Shown here in pieces: positions 9,596 to 18,203 of a stretch of 32,784 bases of DNA. Under the pieces are notes generated by a model. That model was not told the DNA's origin. It ran no database searches and saw nothing but the letters and a program-made list of their open reading frames with translations. How positions within the stretch are numbered: position 1 is the stretch's first letter; every line of letters begins with the position of its first letter. The translations under genes were made by a program, and so were the position numbers. Origin of the DNA: Bdellovibrionota bacterium (GTDB lineage Bacteria; Bdellovibrionota_C; UBA2361; JBIKWN01); NCBI GenBank assembly GCA_044356295.1, contig JBIKWN010000025.1:1-32784 (forward strand), given 5' to 3'.

Positions 9596-11266
9596 ATGAT
9601 AAAAAATACTGAAAACCAATCAAAACTAAATTTTGCTGCAATTGGATTAGGGCTTCTCACACTTCCTACTGCATTAGGTTTTGGATCACCTTCCCAGCAA
9701 TCAAATCAAGACAATCAACTAAGCGCACTAAACTCAACCCTGGGTAATAATGTAAGGTTACGTGTAAAGCAGCCCGTTACCCAGAAAGGTTTGGATATTT
9801 TTATTAACCATATTATTAAGCGGGACGATGGGGGACTTCTTAATAAAAATACCCCTCGAATCGTTTTGTCACAATCAACGCCTGCTGGCTATGTAAATGA
9901 TATTTTCCCAGAGGGTCGTGATTTTCCGCAACAGCTGATTGATCAAATTTCTTTCAGTGTAAATGGAAAAGTGATTCCATTTACAAAAGATCCTGAGCCT
10001 CAATATTCAAATTACTGGACTATTAGAAAAAATCCGTTTGAGTCGCGTGATATTTCACAGATTCGAATTGTCTTAGATGCTCCAGCCTCGAAAGAGTTAG
10101 TTGTACGTGCGCAGGTTTCAGGTGTATGGGGACAACAACTTGCTGTTAATGGTGAGATGATACCTGCGCTTCCACAACAAGAGATTACAGACGAGCAGCG
10201 AGTGCGGTACACAAGACTTTCAGAGCCTAATATGAATCTTCGCCCAGATGAATTTAAGGTTCTAATGAAAGATAGAGACCTTTTCTGGAATAAAAACAGC
10301 GAGACTGATATTGAGTTCTTGAATCGTGTTGTAGGATTCACTTCCAAGTATCCCTTTGAGGCAACTAAAATTGAAACTGATATGCAAAAGCTTCTCAGAG
10401 AAGGTGGCACTCTTCAATGTAATTCTCGTTCAATGCTACTTACAAGTATTCTTCGAATAAATAATATTCCTACCAGAATGACCAGTGGCTGGACCCTTGA
10501 TGGCACTGCAGGGCATGCTATTTCGCAAGTATATGTTGAATCCATGAAGCAATGGATAGACTTCGGATATAATCCAGTTGGTGCACAAGTTCCAACCTTA
10601 CGCTTTGACATTACCCGTGATAGGGCAGAATCTAACGGTAGGGATATCGCAGCGGGACTTAGTTCTTCCGGATTAATGAGCGGATTCGAAATGAATGAAG
10701 ACGGCCGCGGTCCCCGCTTTATGATGTACTCTAACGTCAAATTCGACTCAGTAAACTCAAAAGTAACCGATCTAAAAGAAGGCGATCCAGACTGGATGGA
10801 TGCAACACCTAGAAAGTACACAGGTGATGTATTAGTCCAGGGTGAAAAAATGGAGGCAACTACTTCCCAACCAACATCTGGTAAATTTGTAGTTGATGAC
10901 GGATTTTTTCACCTGAACGAAGGCCGAATGGCTGTTTGGGTTCGACCGGAAGTTGGAAGTCAATTGAATCTAAAAGCATCTAAAATCAGACCTGGTGATT
11001 ACCGCGTGACAGCTATGATGTGTAATGCTGCTGATTACGGAAAATTCCAGATCTCTTTAGGTGGCCAACCATCAAAGGTATTTGATTTTTATTCCCAAAA
11101 TCTTGAATGGAAACTTGTTGAGCTTTCACCAAAGTTAACTGTTAAAGAGGATGGAACTGTTACACTTTCTGCAACATGTTTGAATGGAAATCCTAAAATG
11201 GTCAAAGGCGATAACTTCAATATGATCGGTATTGATTATCTGCGATTCGAACCATTAAAAGATTAG
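9596..11266 (+). CDS. Exported transglutaminase-like domain protein with C-terminal beta-sandwich domain
   Basis: QCNSRSMLL..LR..NIPTR..SG..GHA..VY..WID gives a Cys-His-Asp triad; C-terminal DYGKFQ..DFYS..GIDYLRFEP; ORF track starts at TTG 9587. Confidence 0.78.
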   Translation: MIKNTENQSKLNFAAIGLGLLTLPTALGFGSPSQQSNQDNQLSALNSTLGNNVRLRVKQPVTQKGLDIFINHIIKRDDGGLLNKNTPRIVLSQSTPAGYVNDIFPEGRDFPQQLIDQISFSVNGKVIPFTKDPEPQYSNYWTIRKNPFESRDISQIRIVLDAPASKELVVRAQVSGVWGQQLAVNGEMIPALPQQEITDEQRVRYTRLSEPNMNLRPDEFKVLMKDRDLFWNKNSETDIEFLNRVVGFTSKYPFEATKIETDMQKLLREGGTLQCNSRSMLLTSILRINNIPTRMTSGWTLDGTAGHAISQVYVESMKQWIDFGYNPVGAQVPTLRFDITRDRAESNGRDIAAGLSSSGLMSGFEMNEDGRGPRFMMYSNVKFDSVNSKVTDLKEGDPDWMDATPRKYTGDVLVQGEKMEATTSQPTSGKFVVDDGFFHLNEGRMAVWVRPEVGSQLNLKASKIRPGDYRVTAMMCNAADYGKFQISLGGQPSKVFDFYSQNLEWKLVELSPKLTVKEDGTVTLSATCLNGNPKMVKGDNFNMIGIDYLRFEPLKD

Positions 11267-11281
11267 TTTCCTTCTTTTATA

Positions 11282-12715
11282 CTATTGAATTGCCCTATCA
11301 AGGATATTCTGTCTTCTTGTTAAAAGGTCAATATAGGATTGATTAATTTTTCGGGTAACATGTCCTGGTCTAAAATCCTTTTCAACATTAAATGCACTGG
11401 GCATACGGGCGATAACTGGATCAGCAAGACCCCATATATCAAGAATTATTTTTTTCGACCCAGCAAAGTAGCCAGATATACCTAAGGTATCTATCAGTGT
11501 CACAGGATCTTTGGAATTTTTTATTACAATTCCTCTAGCAACCTCAAACGGATATTCATGATCAATATAGATCTTGGCAAGATTAGGTAAACCATAAGCT
11601 TGAAAGTAATATGCGCCCTCATTAGCAAGGCCATTTTTCTTAACCAGACTATTTGCATTTGAAGGTAATCCTGGTGTTTTAAAGACACAACATGCCAATG
11701 CAGATACGAACAGAAGCGTCGTGATAGAAGCTGATTTTTTGAATTCGGTAATTAATAGCAGGATAGATGTTAAGCAGATCGCTGTTAGGAAACGACCAGT
11801 CATGAAATCGCCCCCTATATACATAAGATATAGTATTGTGATTACAGTAGAAGCAAGAACTGTATAAAAAACTTTCCACGTTTTTTTTAGTATGGATACT
11901 AAAATTGCAAGGATTGGAGCAATGACAAGAATTGGATCAGTCTGAAATGCATCAAGTAAATAAAGTTTTGTTTGATATAGCCTGATAGGAAGCGAAGGAA
12001 GTAAGGACATCTTTGCAACAGCAGTATTGGGTATTATTGATCCATAGTAGCAATATGAAAAAATACTCCAATACAATACAGGAACGAATGTTGGAATTAA
12101 TACAGTTATGATGCCTTCTTTTAAAGATTGGAAAGATACTGATTGAAAACGTTTATCTCGTAGAACAGAAAAGGCGACTAGGGGTAGAACAACAAGGACT
12201 AGATCATGTCGTGTCATTAATAAGAATCCAAGGCACCAATACTGAAGGATTGTATGGGAATATTTTTTTGATGATTTAAAAAAGAAATACAGCAGTATTA
12301 AAAAATGAATTAGACCAGTTTCTAAACCTGATGTTGTAAAAGCAATAAGAGTTGAACTGGTACAGAAGCACAGTAAAAAAAGTATCAAAATATTTGGTGT
12401 TTTTGCGAAAAGTTTTGTTGCAATGATCAGAAATAGTAAAAAAATGGTAAAGCTTAGCGCCAGGCTAAATATAGGTGGTGATAAGAGCTGTATTGGCATA
12501 ACAAGCAGCAAGAGTGTCCAAAGCGGTGATGTGAAAACTTGAACACGGTACCCTGGATTGAAAACAAGACCATTGCCGTTCCAAAAATTATCGATTGTTC
12601 TAAATATCATGAATGCATCATCGATTAAGTGGGCATTCGAAACGACCAGCCATACTGTCCATACAAGGGACATGAGTGCAGCTATATTAATGATTACTAT
12701 ACTAGTACGCTTCAC
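11282..12715 (-). CDS. GT-C fold glycosyltransferase, AftB-like (arabinofuranosyltransferase-related family)
   Basis: DDAFMIFRTIDN..GNGLVFNPGYRVQVFTSPLW, SGLET, TRHD, YYG..PNT..AK, GGDFM.GRF, D..GLADP and RPGH motifs. Confidence 0.8.
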   Translation of the reverse strand: MKRTSIVIINIAALMSLVWTVWLVVSNAHLIDDAFMIFRTIDNFWNGNGLVFNPGYRVQVFTSPLWTLLLLVMPIQLLSPPIFSLALSFTIFLLFLIIATKLFAKTPNILILFLLCFCTSSTLIAFTTSGLETGLIHFLILLYFFFKSSKKYSHTILQYWCLGFLLMTRHDLVLVVLPLVAFSVLRDKRFQSVSFQSLKEGIITVLIPTFVPVLYWSIFSYCYYGSIIPNTAVAKMSLLPSLPIRLYQTKLYLLDAFQTDPILVIAPILAILVSILKKTWKVFYTVLASTVITILYLMYIGGDFMTGRFLTAICLTSILLLITEFKKSASITTLLFVSALACCVFKTPGLPSNANSLVKKNGLANEGAYYFQAYGLPNLAKIYIDHEYPFEVARGIVIKNSKDPVTLIDTLGISGYFAGSKKIILDIWGLADPVIARMPSAFNVEKDFRPGHVTRKINQSYIDLLTRRQNILDRAIQ

Positions 12716-12824
12716 AAGCTTTCTTTACGTGGCTCTGATAATTGGTATTTAAACAGTATGAACCATGATGATACCGAAGTAACAGATCAGAAAATCATAT
12801 AGGTTTCTAATGTAGTTATATCTT

Positions 12825-13340
12825 CTATGTCCTGCCAAAGCCTATTCGTTGAATCTTAGGTGGAATAGTTGGCGACATAATTTCACGAATAGCTTCGAAC
12901 ACTATCTTAAACTGATGATCGTACCGCGATTCTAGTTCTTGAAGTTTTTCTGCGAGATCTTCATGTGAAGCAATTAATTGCCGTAATTTTACAAATGTAC
13001 GCATAATTTCAATATTTACTTGAACAGCTCGTTCAGAATTTAGAATAGAAGAAAGCATAGCTACCCCTTGCTCTGTGAAAACATACGGCGGATATCGTCT
13101 TCCCGTCCTCCCAGTTGAGGTCACAAATTGTGACCTCAAAAGCTCGTGTTCTTCAGTAGTTAGCTGGAACATGAAATCTTCTGGGAATCTGTTTATGTTA
13201 CGTTTTACAGCTTGAACGAAAGCCTTAGTTTGGACCTGATATAGTATTGCCAGGTCTTCGTCCAGCATGACTTTGTGCCCTCGAATGATATAAATGAAAT
13301 TTTCAATCTGTTTGCGAATAATAGTCTTTTGATCTGCCAT
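12825..13340 (-). CDS. ORF6N domain-containing DNA-binding protein
   Basis: IRG.KVMLD.DLA.LY.V.T..QAVKRN..RFPEDFMFQLT..LRSQFVTS..PYVFTEQGVAMLSS.L.S.RA..VNI.IMR.FV; AGGAG ribosome-binding site. Confidence 0.93.
   Translation of the reverse strand: MADQKTIIRKQIENFIYIIRGHKVMLDEDLAILYQVQTKAFVQAVKRNINRFPEDFMFQLTTEEHELLRSQFVTSTGRTGRRYPPYVFTEQGVAMLSSILNSERAVQVNIEIMRTFVKLRQLIASHEDLAEKLQELESRYDHQFKIVFEAIREIMSPTIPPKIQRIGFGRT
13115..13139. repeat. Perfect 25-bp palindrome TTGAGGTCACAA-A-TTGTGACCTCAA inside the ORF6N gene
   Basis: 12-bp arms are exact reverse complements around a 1-nt centre; minus strand encodes LRSQFVTS. Confidence 0.95.
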
Positions 13341-13469
13341 CTATTCTCCTAAACAAATGAATCGAGGAAATCCTTGAAAAGTTTCCAGGATATATACCAA
13401 TAAACGCTAGTATATTTTTCGAGTTAATAAGGCTATTATCTTACAAACGATATACTCTAAAACTACCGA

Positions 13470-14717
13470 ATGAAGTCTTCAATCAGTAATAAACAAGATT
13501 CTTCATCAAAGCCTCGTCGGATACGATCGATTGTCTTACTTCCTTTTGGAATCTCGTTTTTCTTTTTCCTTATTATCTTAGTTGAAATCACCTGTGGATT
13601 CTTCATACAGGGCAATTACTTGAGCCCGAAAACAGAGGATTTTCAATCAAATCTTTACCGGTGGTTTTTCTCTGCTGATCCTCTGCTTGGGCATCGGGGC
13701 AGACCATACGTCGATTATAAAATGGGTCAGCGCCATAATAATTTAGGGCTGCGCGGCAAAGATGTCTCTTTAGTAAAGGATAGCAGTTCGTTTCGAGTCG
13801 GTATTTTTGGTGACTCACAGGTTTGGGGTTGGGCACTGGCTGATTCGTCAACTATTCCTGTTCATCTTGAGAAAGTATCAAAAGAGATGCGCATTACTCG
13901 CTCGAAAACAATTGAAGCTGTGAATTTTGGTGTTCCTGGGTATTCAATTGACCAAGAGTATCTTCAGTTTTTAATGTTTGCAGATACTTTAAAGCTTGAT
14001 GCTGCTGTTTTAGTTGTTTTCCTGACCAATGATCTTGGTGAAATTGTTACTGATAAAGCATGGGAAATGCCTCGCCCGCAAATATTGCCAAAAGTTGACG
14101 GCACAGTCGGATCAGTCGTACTTGAACATCCACCGTTATTTACTGGGGATGAAAAATTTTATGGTACGTATCTAGGGGATCTAATGTCTCTTGGCGCTGA
14201 ATCCTCGAACCCATTTATATTTAGCAACTTTTTAACTGTAGTAGCACAAAGAACAGTGAGTCCTGGAATTGCTCAATTTTTGTGTAATACATTTGTTAGA
14301 AAAGCATTCTGTGATTTTTATAATTCAAGTAATCAAGTTGAAATAATCAAGAATGCTTCCCCAATTGATAAACAACAAAAGATTGATTCATTCGGTCGTT
14401 ATGAAGCAATTCTTGATGCGTTTACCGTTGAAGCTTCGGTAAGAAAAATCCCACTTATAGTTGCAATCGTTCCACCAGTTGAAGGGTTGCAATCCTCTGA
14501 TTCTTATCAAAATTATTTAAAAATTCGTTCAATTATTAAATCAAGTAGCAATAGAGCTGTTATTGATATGCTCGAAGTCATTGACTCATTTAAAGTACAA
14601 CCATCCCACTATTCTCTTGATGGGTACCATTATAATTCTGCTTTTAATGCTGTGCTGTCTGTTGAAATAGCTAAAAAATTACCCTCCAGCTACTTCAAGG
14701 CGAAGAGAGGCTTTTGA
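13470..14717 (+). CDS. Membrane-anchored SGNH/GDSL hydrolase family protein
   Basis: FGDSQVWG block I, NFGVPGY block II, ND block III, DGYHYN block V; N-terminal TM. Confidence 0.88.
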   Translation: MKSSISNKQDSSSKPRRIRSIVLLPFGISFFFFLIILVEITCGFFIQGNYLSPKTEDFQSNLYRWFFSADPLLGHRGRPYVDYKMGQRHNNLGLRGKDVSLVKDSSSFRVGIFGDSQVWGWALADSSTIPVHLEKVSKEMRITRSKTIEAVNFGVPGYSIDQEYLQFLMFADTLKLDAAVLVVFLTNDLGEIVTDKAWEMPRPQILPKVDGTVGSVVLEHPPLFTGDEKFYGTYLGDLMSLGAESSNPFIFSNFLTVVAQRTVSPGIAQFLCNTFVRKAFCDFYNSSNQVEIIKNASPIDKQQKIDSFGRYEAILDAFTVEASVRKIPLIVAIVPPVEGLQSSDSYQNYLKIRSIIKSSSNRAVIDMLEVIDSFKVQPSHYSLDGYHYNSAFNAVLSVEIAKKLPSSYFKAKRGF

Positions 14718-16082
14718 TTTCGGCTTAGCAGTTCGGTCTGAAAGAGGGGGTGTTGCATCGATTATTTCCCAGCACTTAAACAAAGATACTGGTTGGTCTT
14801 TTGGAATTGCTAATCCACCCCTACGTTCTTTTAGCCACCTTGTGATTTCAATATCGTTGATTCCTCGTAAGCTAAATAAGCGAGTAAAAGCATCTCGTGG
14901 TTGGTCCCATTCAAACTGTTTGTATTGCAGAGCCTGTAAAGGTTTCATAAGAGGTTTACCGGTAAATGCATCAATACTGCTTCCATCAGGAAGCACTGCT
15001 TCAATCACTAGATATATATCAACTTCAGGAGCATCTGGTGCAAACATAGACCAATATTGATCAAATGATGTGTACTGTTCTAGATCTTTAATCCAACCAA
15101 ATGGCTTTAATTGTGCAGGCAGTATCCAAGAGGTAACGCGGTTATTTGCTAAACACAACCAAGAGAAAACAACAAAAAGAAAACTTACTGCCGTGGTGTG
15201 AAGAAACTTCGTTCTTAGGGGGAGGCTCTCTGCTGTTTGTATCTGATTATGTGAAAAATCAGGAACCCAAAGAAACATTGAAAGGATAATGATCATAATA
15301 TATGGAAAAAGCCCAAGATTCACTGTGAGAAGAATTAAAATGTGAAAGAAGATTAACAATAATGCGCCAAGCCTTCTTGCTTGAAATGTTTTAAAAGGTG
15401 AAACGATAAGTATGCCACCGATAATTTCAATAAGCTGAGAAGATTTGGAAGCAAACCAAAGCTGGTTAGCAGACAAGGATTCTCTGATCCAATAGCCAAG
15501 CGCTGTAACAATACGGTCTTGATGAAGCACATAATAAAAAGCAGATCCTTCTTGCCAAGTTTTGCCATCCTTTGAAACCGCAGCATAAATATAGATTGCA
15601 GCTAATTGAAAAAGAATCAGGGCAACCATTGGATTTTGAATAGACGAATTTGACCATCTATCATGCAAGGGAAGAAACAGAGAATAAAACAAAAATAGGA
15701 GCATCACGGTATCCGCTCCGTAAACCAGCATAAAGTTTCGATTGATAATACTCATCATGCAAATGAGGAGCATGAAATGAACTGGCTTTCCTCCGATACC
15801 GAGAGTGAATAACGTACCTAGTAAAAATGTTAAACAGAAGAAAAGCGTTACTTCTGGCACAGTTGAAAATGCATATAATAACGAGAATTTGTGTACCCCA
15901 TTTTGGAATAGTGCAAAATGATTTGAAAAAATTCCATTATTTGAAAAGTACAGTTCAATATAAGGGAAAAGCCTTATAGTATTCAAACAACACAATAATC
16001 CTAATCCAATTCTAAGAACAACCAATGCCCGTATATCAATTGTGCAGTAGCGACCTTTAAAAAAAGAAAGGATTTTTTTCAT
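14679..16082 (-). CDS. HTTM domain-containing membrane protein
   Basis: D.RAL..LRI.LG, RN....YGAD, IY.YAAVSK.G.TW..G.A, FH......NLGLF and QYWSMFAP motifs. Confidence 0.85.
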   Translation of the reverse strand: MKKILSFFKGRYCTIDIRALVVLRIGLGLLCCLNTIRLFPYIELYFSNNGIFSNHFALFQNGVHKFSLLYAFSTVPEVTLFFCLTFLLGTLFTLGIGGKPVHFMLLICMMSIINRNFMLVYGADTVMLLFLFYSLFLPLHDRWSNSSIQNPMVALILFQLAAIYIYAAVSKDGKTWQEGSAFYYVLHQDRIVTALGYWIRESLSANQLWFASKSSQLIEIIGGILIVSPFKTFQARRLGALLLIFFHILILLTVNLGLFPYIMIIILSMFLWVPDFSHNQIQTAESLPLRTKFLHTTAVSFLFVVFSWLCLANNRVTSWILPAQLKPFGWIKDLEQYTSFDQYWSMFAPDAPEVDIYLVIEAVLPDGSSIDAFTGKPLMKPLQALQYKQFEWDQPRDAFTRLFSLRGINDIEITRWLKERRGGLAIPKDQPVSLFKCWEIIDATPPLSDRTAKPKSKASLRLEVAGG

Positions 16083-18151
16083 TGATTCGTATTAGAAATT
16101 CTTTTCTCTTTAAGAGTTGTAAACAATGTTACAGCAATGGATATCAGCAGTATCATCGCAATGAGCGAGAGAACAAAATATCCTTTATCCTCTGAACCAA
16201 AAATTGGAGGCACTTGCCATGAGCAGATTGCTGCAATAATGAGGTAGAGCGATATTTTTTTAGATCGTCCTGCAAGCAGTCCAAAAAATGTTAAGAAATA
16301 ATAATCATAGTTTGAAAGTCGAATCAGCCCTACAAGAAGAAATCCTATAATTGCAGCTTCCCAAGCAGATGAATACGTAACCAACCAACAAATTGAGGCG
16401 AAAGTGACGATGCAACACAGAACGTATATCCATTGACGCTCTAAAAATTTCTGAGAAACTACTGAACGCCATGTATCAAAAATATCTGACAGTAGGGGGT
16501 CTTTCAAATCCTTACTAAACGTAGACATAGATGTAGATAATACTGTCCGCATACCCATCATATTCGTTGAAATTGTTTCGTAATGTTTTTTTGTATTGTG
16601 CGAGAAATCCTTCCACGTTTCTATACCGGAATTATTAGCAGTTGCTATCACAATCAAAGCAATGGCAGAAACTATTGCAGATAAGAGTAGTGATCTATAT
16701 TTTTTTATTGAGCTAAAATTCTTATCCTTAATGCAATTTAAGATAAGATGTAATGTAACTCCACCAAGTAAAGCTAATGGAAATATTCTTACTAGCCCTG
16801 CATAGACAAGTAGGAAGCCAGCTAATTTTTGTCGATTGCTTTTTAACGCACAGATACCTAGGAGGGAGCATACAATCCAATCGGAACGTAAAAATCCATT
16901 ACCGGTCCAGCCAAAATGAGCAAAATAGTTGCATCCCCAAAACACCATACAAAGTGCAGCAATCTCAAGCCCGAATGTTCGAAATACAATTATCCAGGTC
17001 AGAGTTAATAGAACAAGATCGAGCGCACCAATTGCATATACTTGGGTATTTGAAATAGGAGATAAAGAAGAGATAGTTTTTCCTAAAATAGTCCAAACAG
17101 GAGTTGGATTATATCCGTGGTCAGAAAATATTTTTTCATAGTCTGCACTGTCCATTGAATGTCTAAACCAAGTCACATCATAGAGAAATGATTTCCATCG
17201 TTCTGCAGAAAAATGACTGAGGCACAATGATGGGTTGTCTCGTACGATTGCGCTTGACTCCATATTATTTGTGATTAGGTTTCGAATCTCTCTGGTTTTA
17301 TCCTTTGCTAAATAGCCGTCTTGATAATCAGCCAAAGCAGCACATTTATAGAGGCGATCATAAGATACTTCATTGCTATATTTTGATCCTAAGTAGTAAT
17401 GAAAAAATTCATGCCTATGAACAAAACTTTCGTAGTGAAATTGCATTGCATTCGGCCAAAGAAAATAACTGGCAAAAGCTAAAAAGATAAATGATTTTTT
17501 TAATCTTTCAGTTTTAAATGATGGTGCGATCATCCACCAGGTACAGACAACGAGTGCAAAAATACAAAGGAGTAATTTAAAATGTTCGATAACTCCAATC
17601 CGCAGGAAAGGCATCCATGTGAATGCTTCAAGTGGGTTACTTCGCAGTGTAAGGTCACGCCAGTTTTTAGGTATTTCGTTATATGCTTGAAATGTTGCTA
17701 CTGATAATACGCCGTCACCGCTACCACCTCGGATTCGTATAAACTTTGCTTCTTTAGCCGAAGGCAGGGATGTTGAACGAGTGCGAATACCTTCTGTATA
17801 TCCTTTTTGACCGGTAACCCAGGTTTTGTACCATGTTGTTCCATCACTTGAGAATTCAACTATATAACTATCATTCCAATCAGCTTGTAGGATCATGCCT
17901 TTAATAGTTTCAATTTTTGGAAGCTCAATGACATAGTTGGCATTAATATCTTTCTTTGAAACACAGGCTTTAGGCATGTTGAATTTGGAGCTTTCGGGAA
18001 CAAGAGTTTCTTCAATGATGGTTTGAGGAGCTTCACAGATTGCATTACCAGTTACTTTGCTTCCAATCACAATATTTCGGGGCTCGGATTGAGCGAATTG
18101 ATTAATAGAAAGGAATGCAAAAGAGAGTAAAAATAGAAGAAGTCTTTTCAT
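16079..18151 (-). CDS. Discoidin (F5/8)-like domain fused to a GT-C (GT87-like) membrane domain
   Basis: Signal peptide; LQAD.ND.Y.VE.S.DG..W and RIRGG.GDG..SV beta domain; HEFFHYYLGSKY, DHGYNPTP.W, R.DW and RIFP; ATGA overlap with the HTTM gene. Confidence 0.7.
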   Translation of the reverse strand: MKRLLLFLLSFAFLSINQFAQSEPRNIVIGSKVTGNAICEAPQTIIEETLVPESSKFNMPKACVSKKDINANYVIELPKIETIKGMILQADWNDSYIVEFSSDGTTWYKTWVTGQKGYTEGIRTRSTSLPSAKEAKFIRIRGGSGDGVLSVATFQAYNEIPKNWRDLTLRSNPLEAFTWMPFLRIGVIEHFKLLLCIFALVVCTWWMIAPSFKTERLKKSFIFLAFASYFLWPNAMQFHYESFVHRHEFFHYYLGSKYSNEVSYDRLYKCAALADYQDGYLAKDKTREIRNLITNNMESSAIVRDNPSLCLSHFSAERWKSFLYDVTWFRHSMDSADYEKIFSDHGYNPTPVWTILGKTISSLSPISNTQVYAIGALDLVLLTLTWIIVFRTFGLEIAALCMVFWGCNYFAHFGWTGNGFLRSDWIVCSLLGICALKSNRQKLAGFLLVYAGLVRIFPLALLGGVTLHLILNCIKDKNFSSIKKYRSLLLSAIVSAIALIVIATANNSGIETWKDFSHNTKKHYETISTNMMGMRTVLSTSMSTFSKDLKDPLLSDIFDTWRSVVSQKFLERQWIYVLCCIVTFASICWLVTYSSAWEAAIIGFLLVGLIRLSNYDYYFLTFFGLLAGRSKKISLYLIIAAICSWQVPPIFGSEDKGYFVLSLIAMILLISIAVTLFTTLKEKRISNTNQ

Positions 18152-18165
18152 AGCTGCTATTTATA

Positions 18166-18195
18166 TTGACCTAATTTAGGTCCTAAGCATAGAGT
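18166..18195 (+). promoter_or_regulatory. Candidate sigma70 promoter TTGACC-N18-TAGAGT overlapped by palindrome GACCTAA-T-TTAGGTC
   Basis: In the 52-bp divergent gap; 7-bp perfect arms at 18168-18182. Confidence 0.45.
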
Positions 18196-18203
18196 CCTTA
18201 CCG

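Noticed and set aside
13115..13139. ORF6N palindrome as a member of the 32712-32784 repeat family (shared AGGTCAC/GTGACCT)
   Set aside because: Only 7 bp shared, arms arranged differently and no hexamer periodicity; compatible with chance
12825..13340. Prophage, suggested by the ORF6N gene
   Set aside because: No other phage-like genes in the window
13372..13389. Imperfect palindrome CCTTGAAAAGTTTCCAGG upstream of ORF6N
   Set aside because: Only 7 of 9 pairs, AT-rich, and unrelated to the intragenic palindrome
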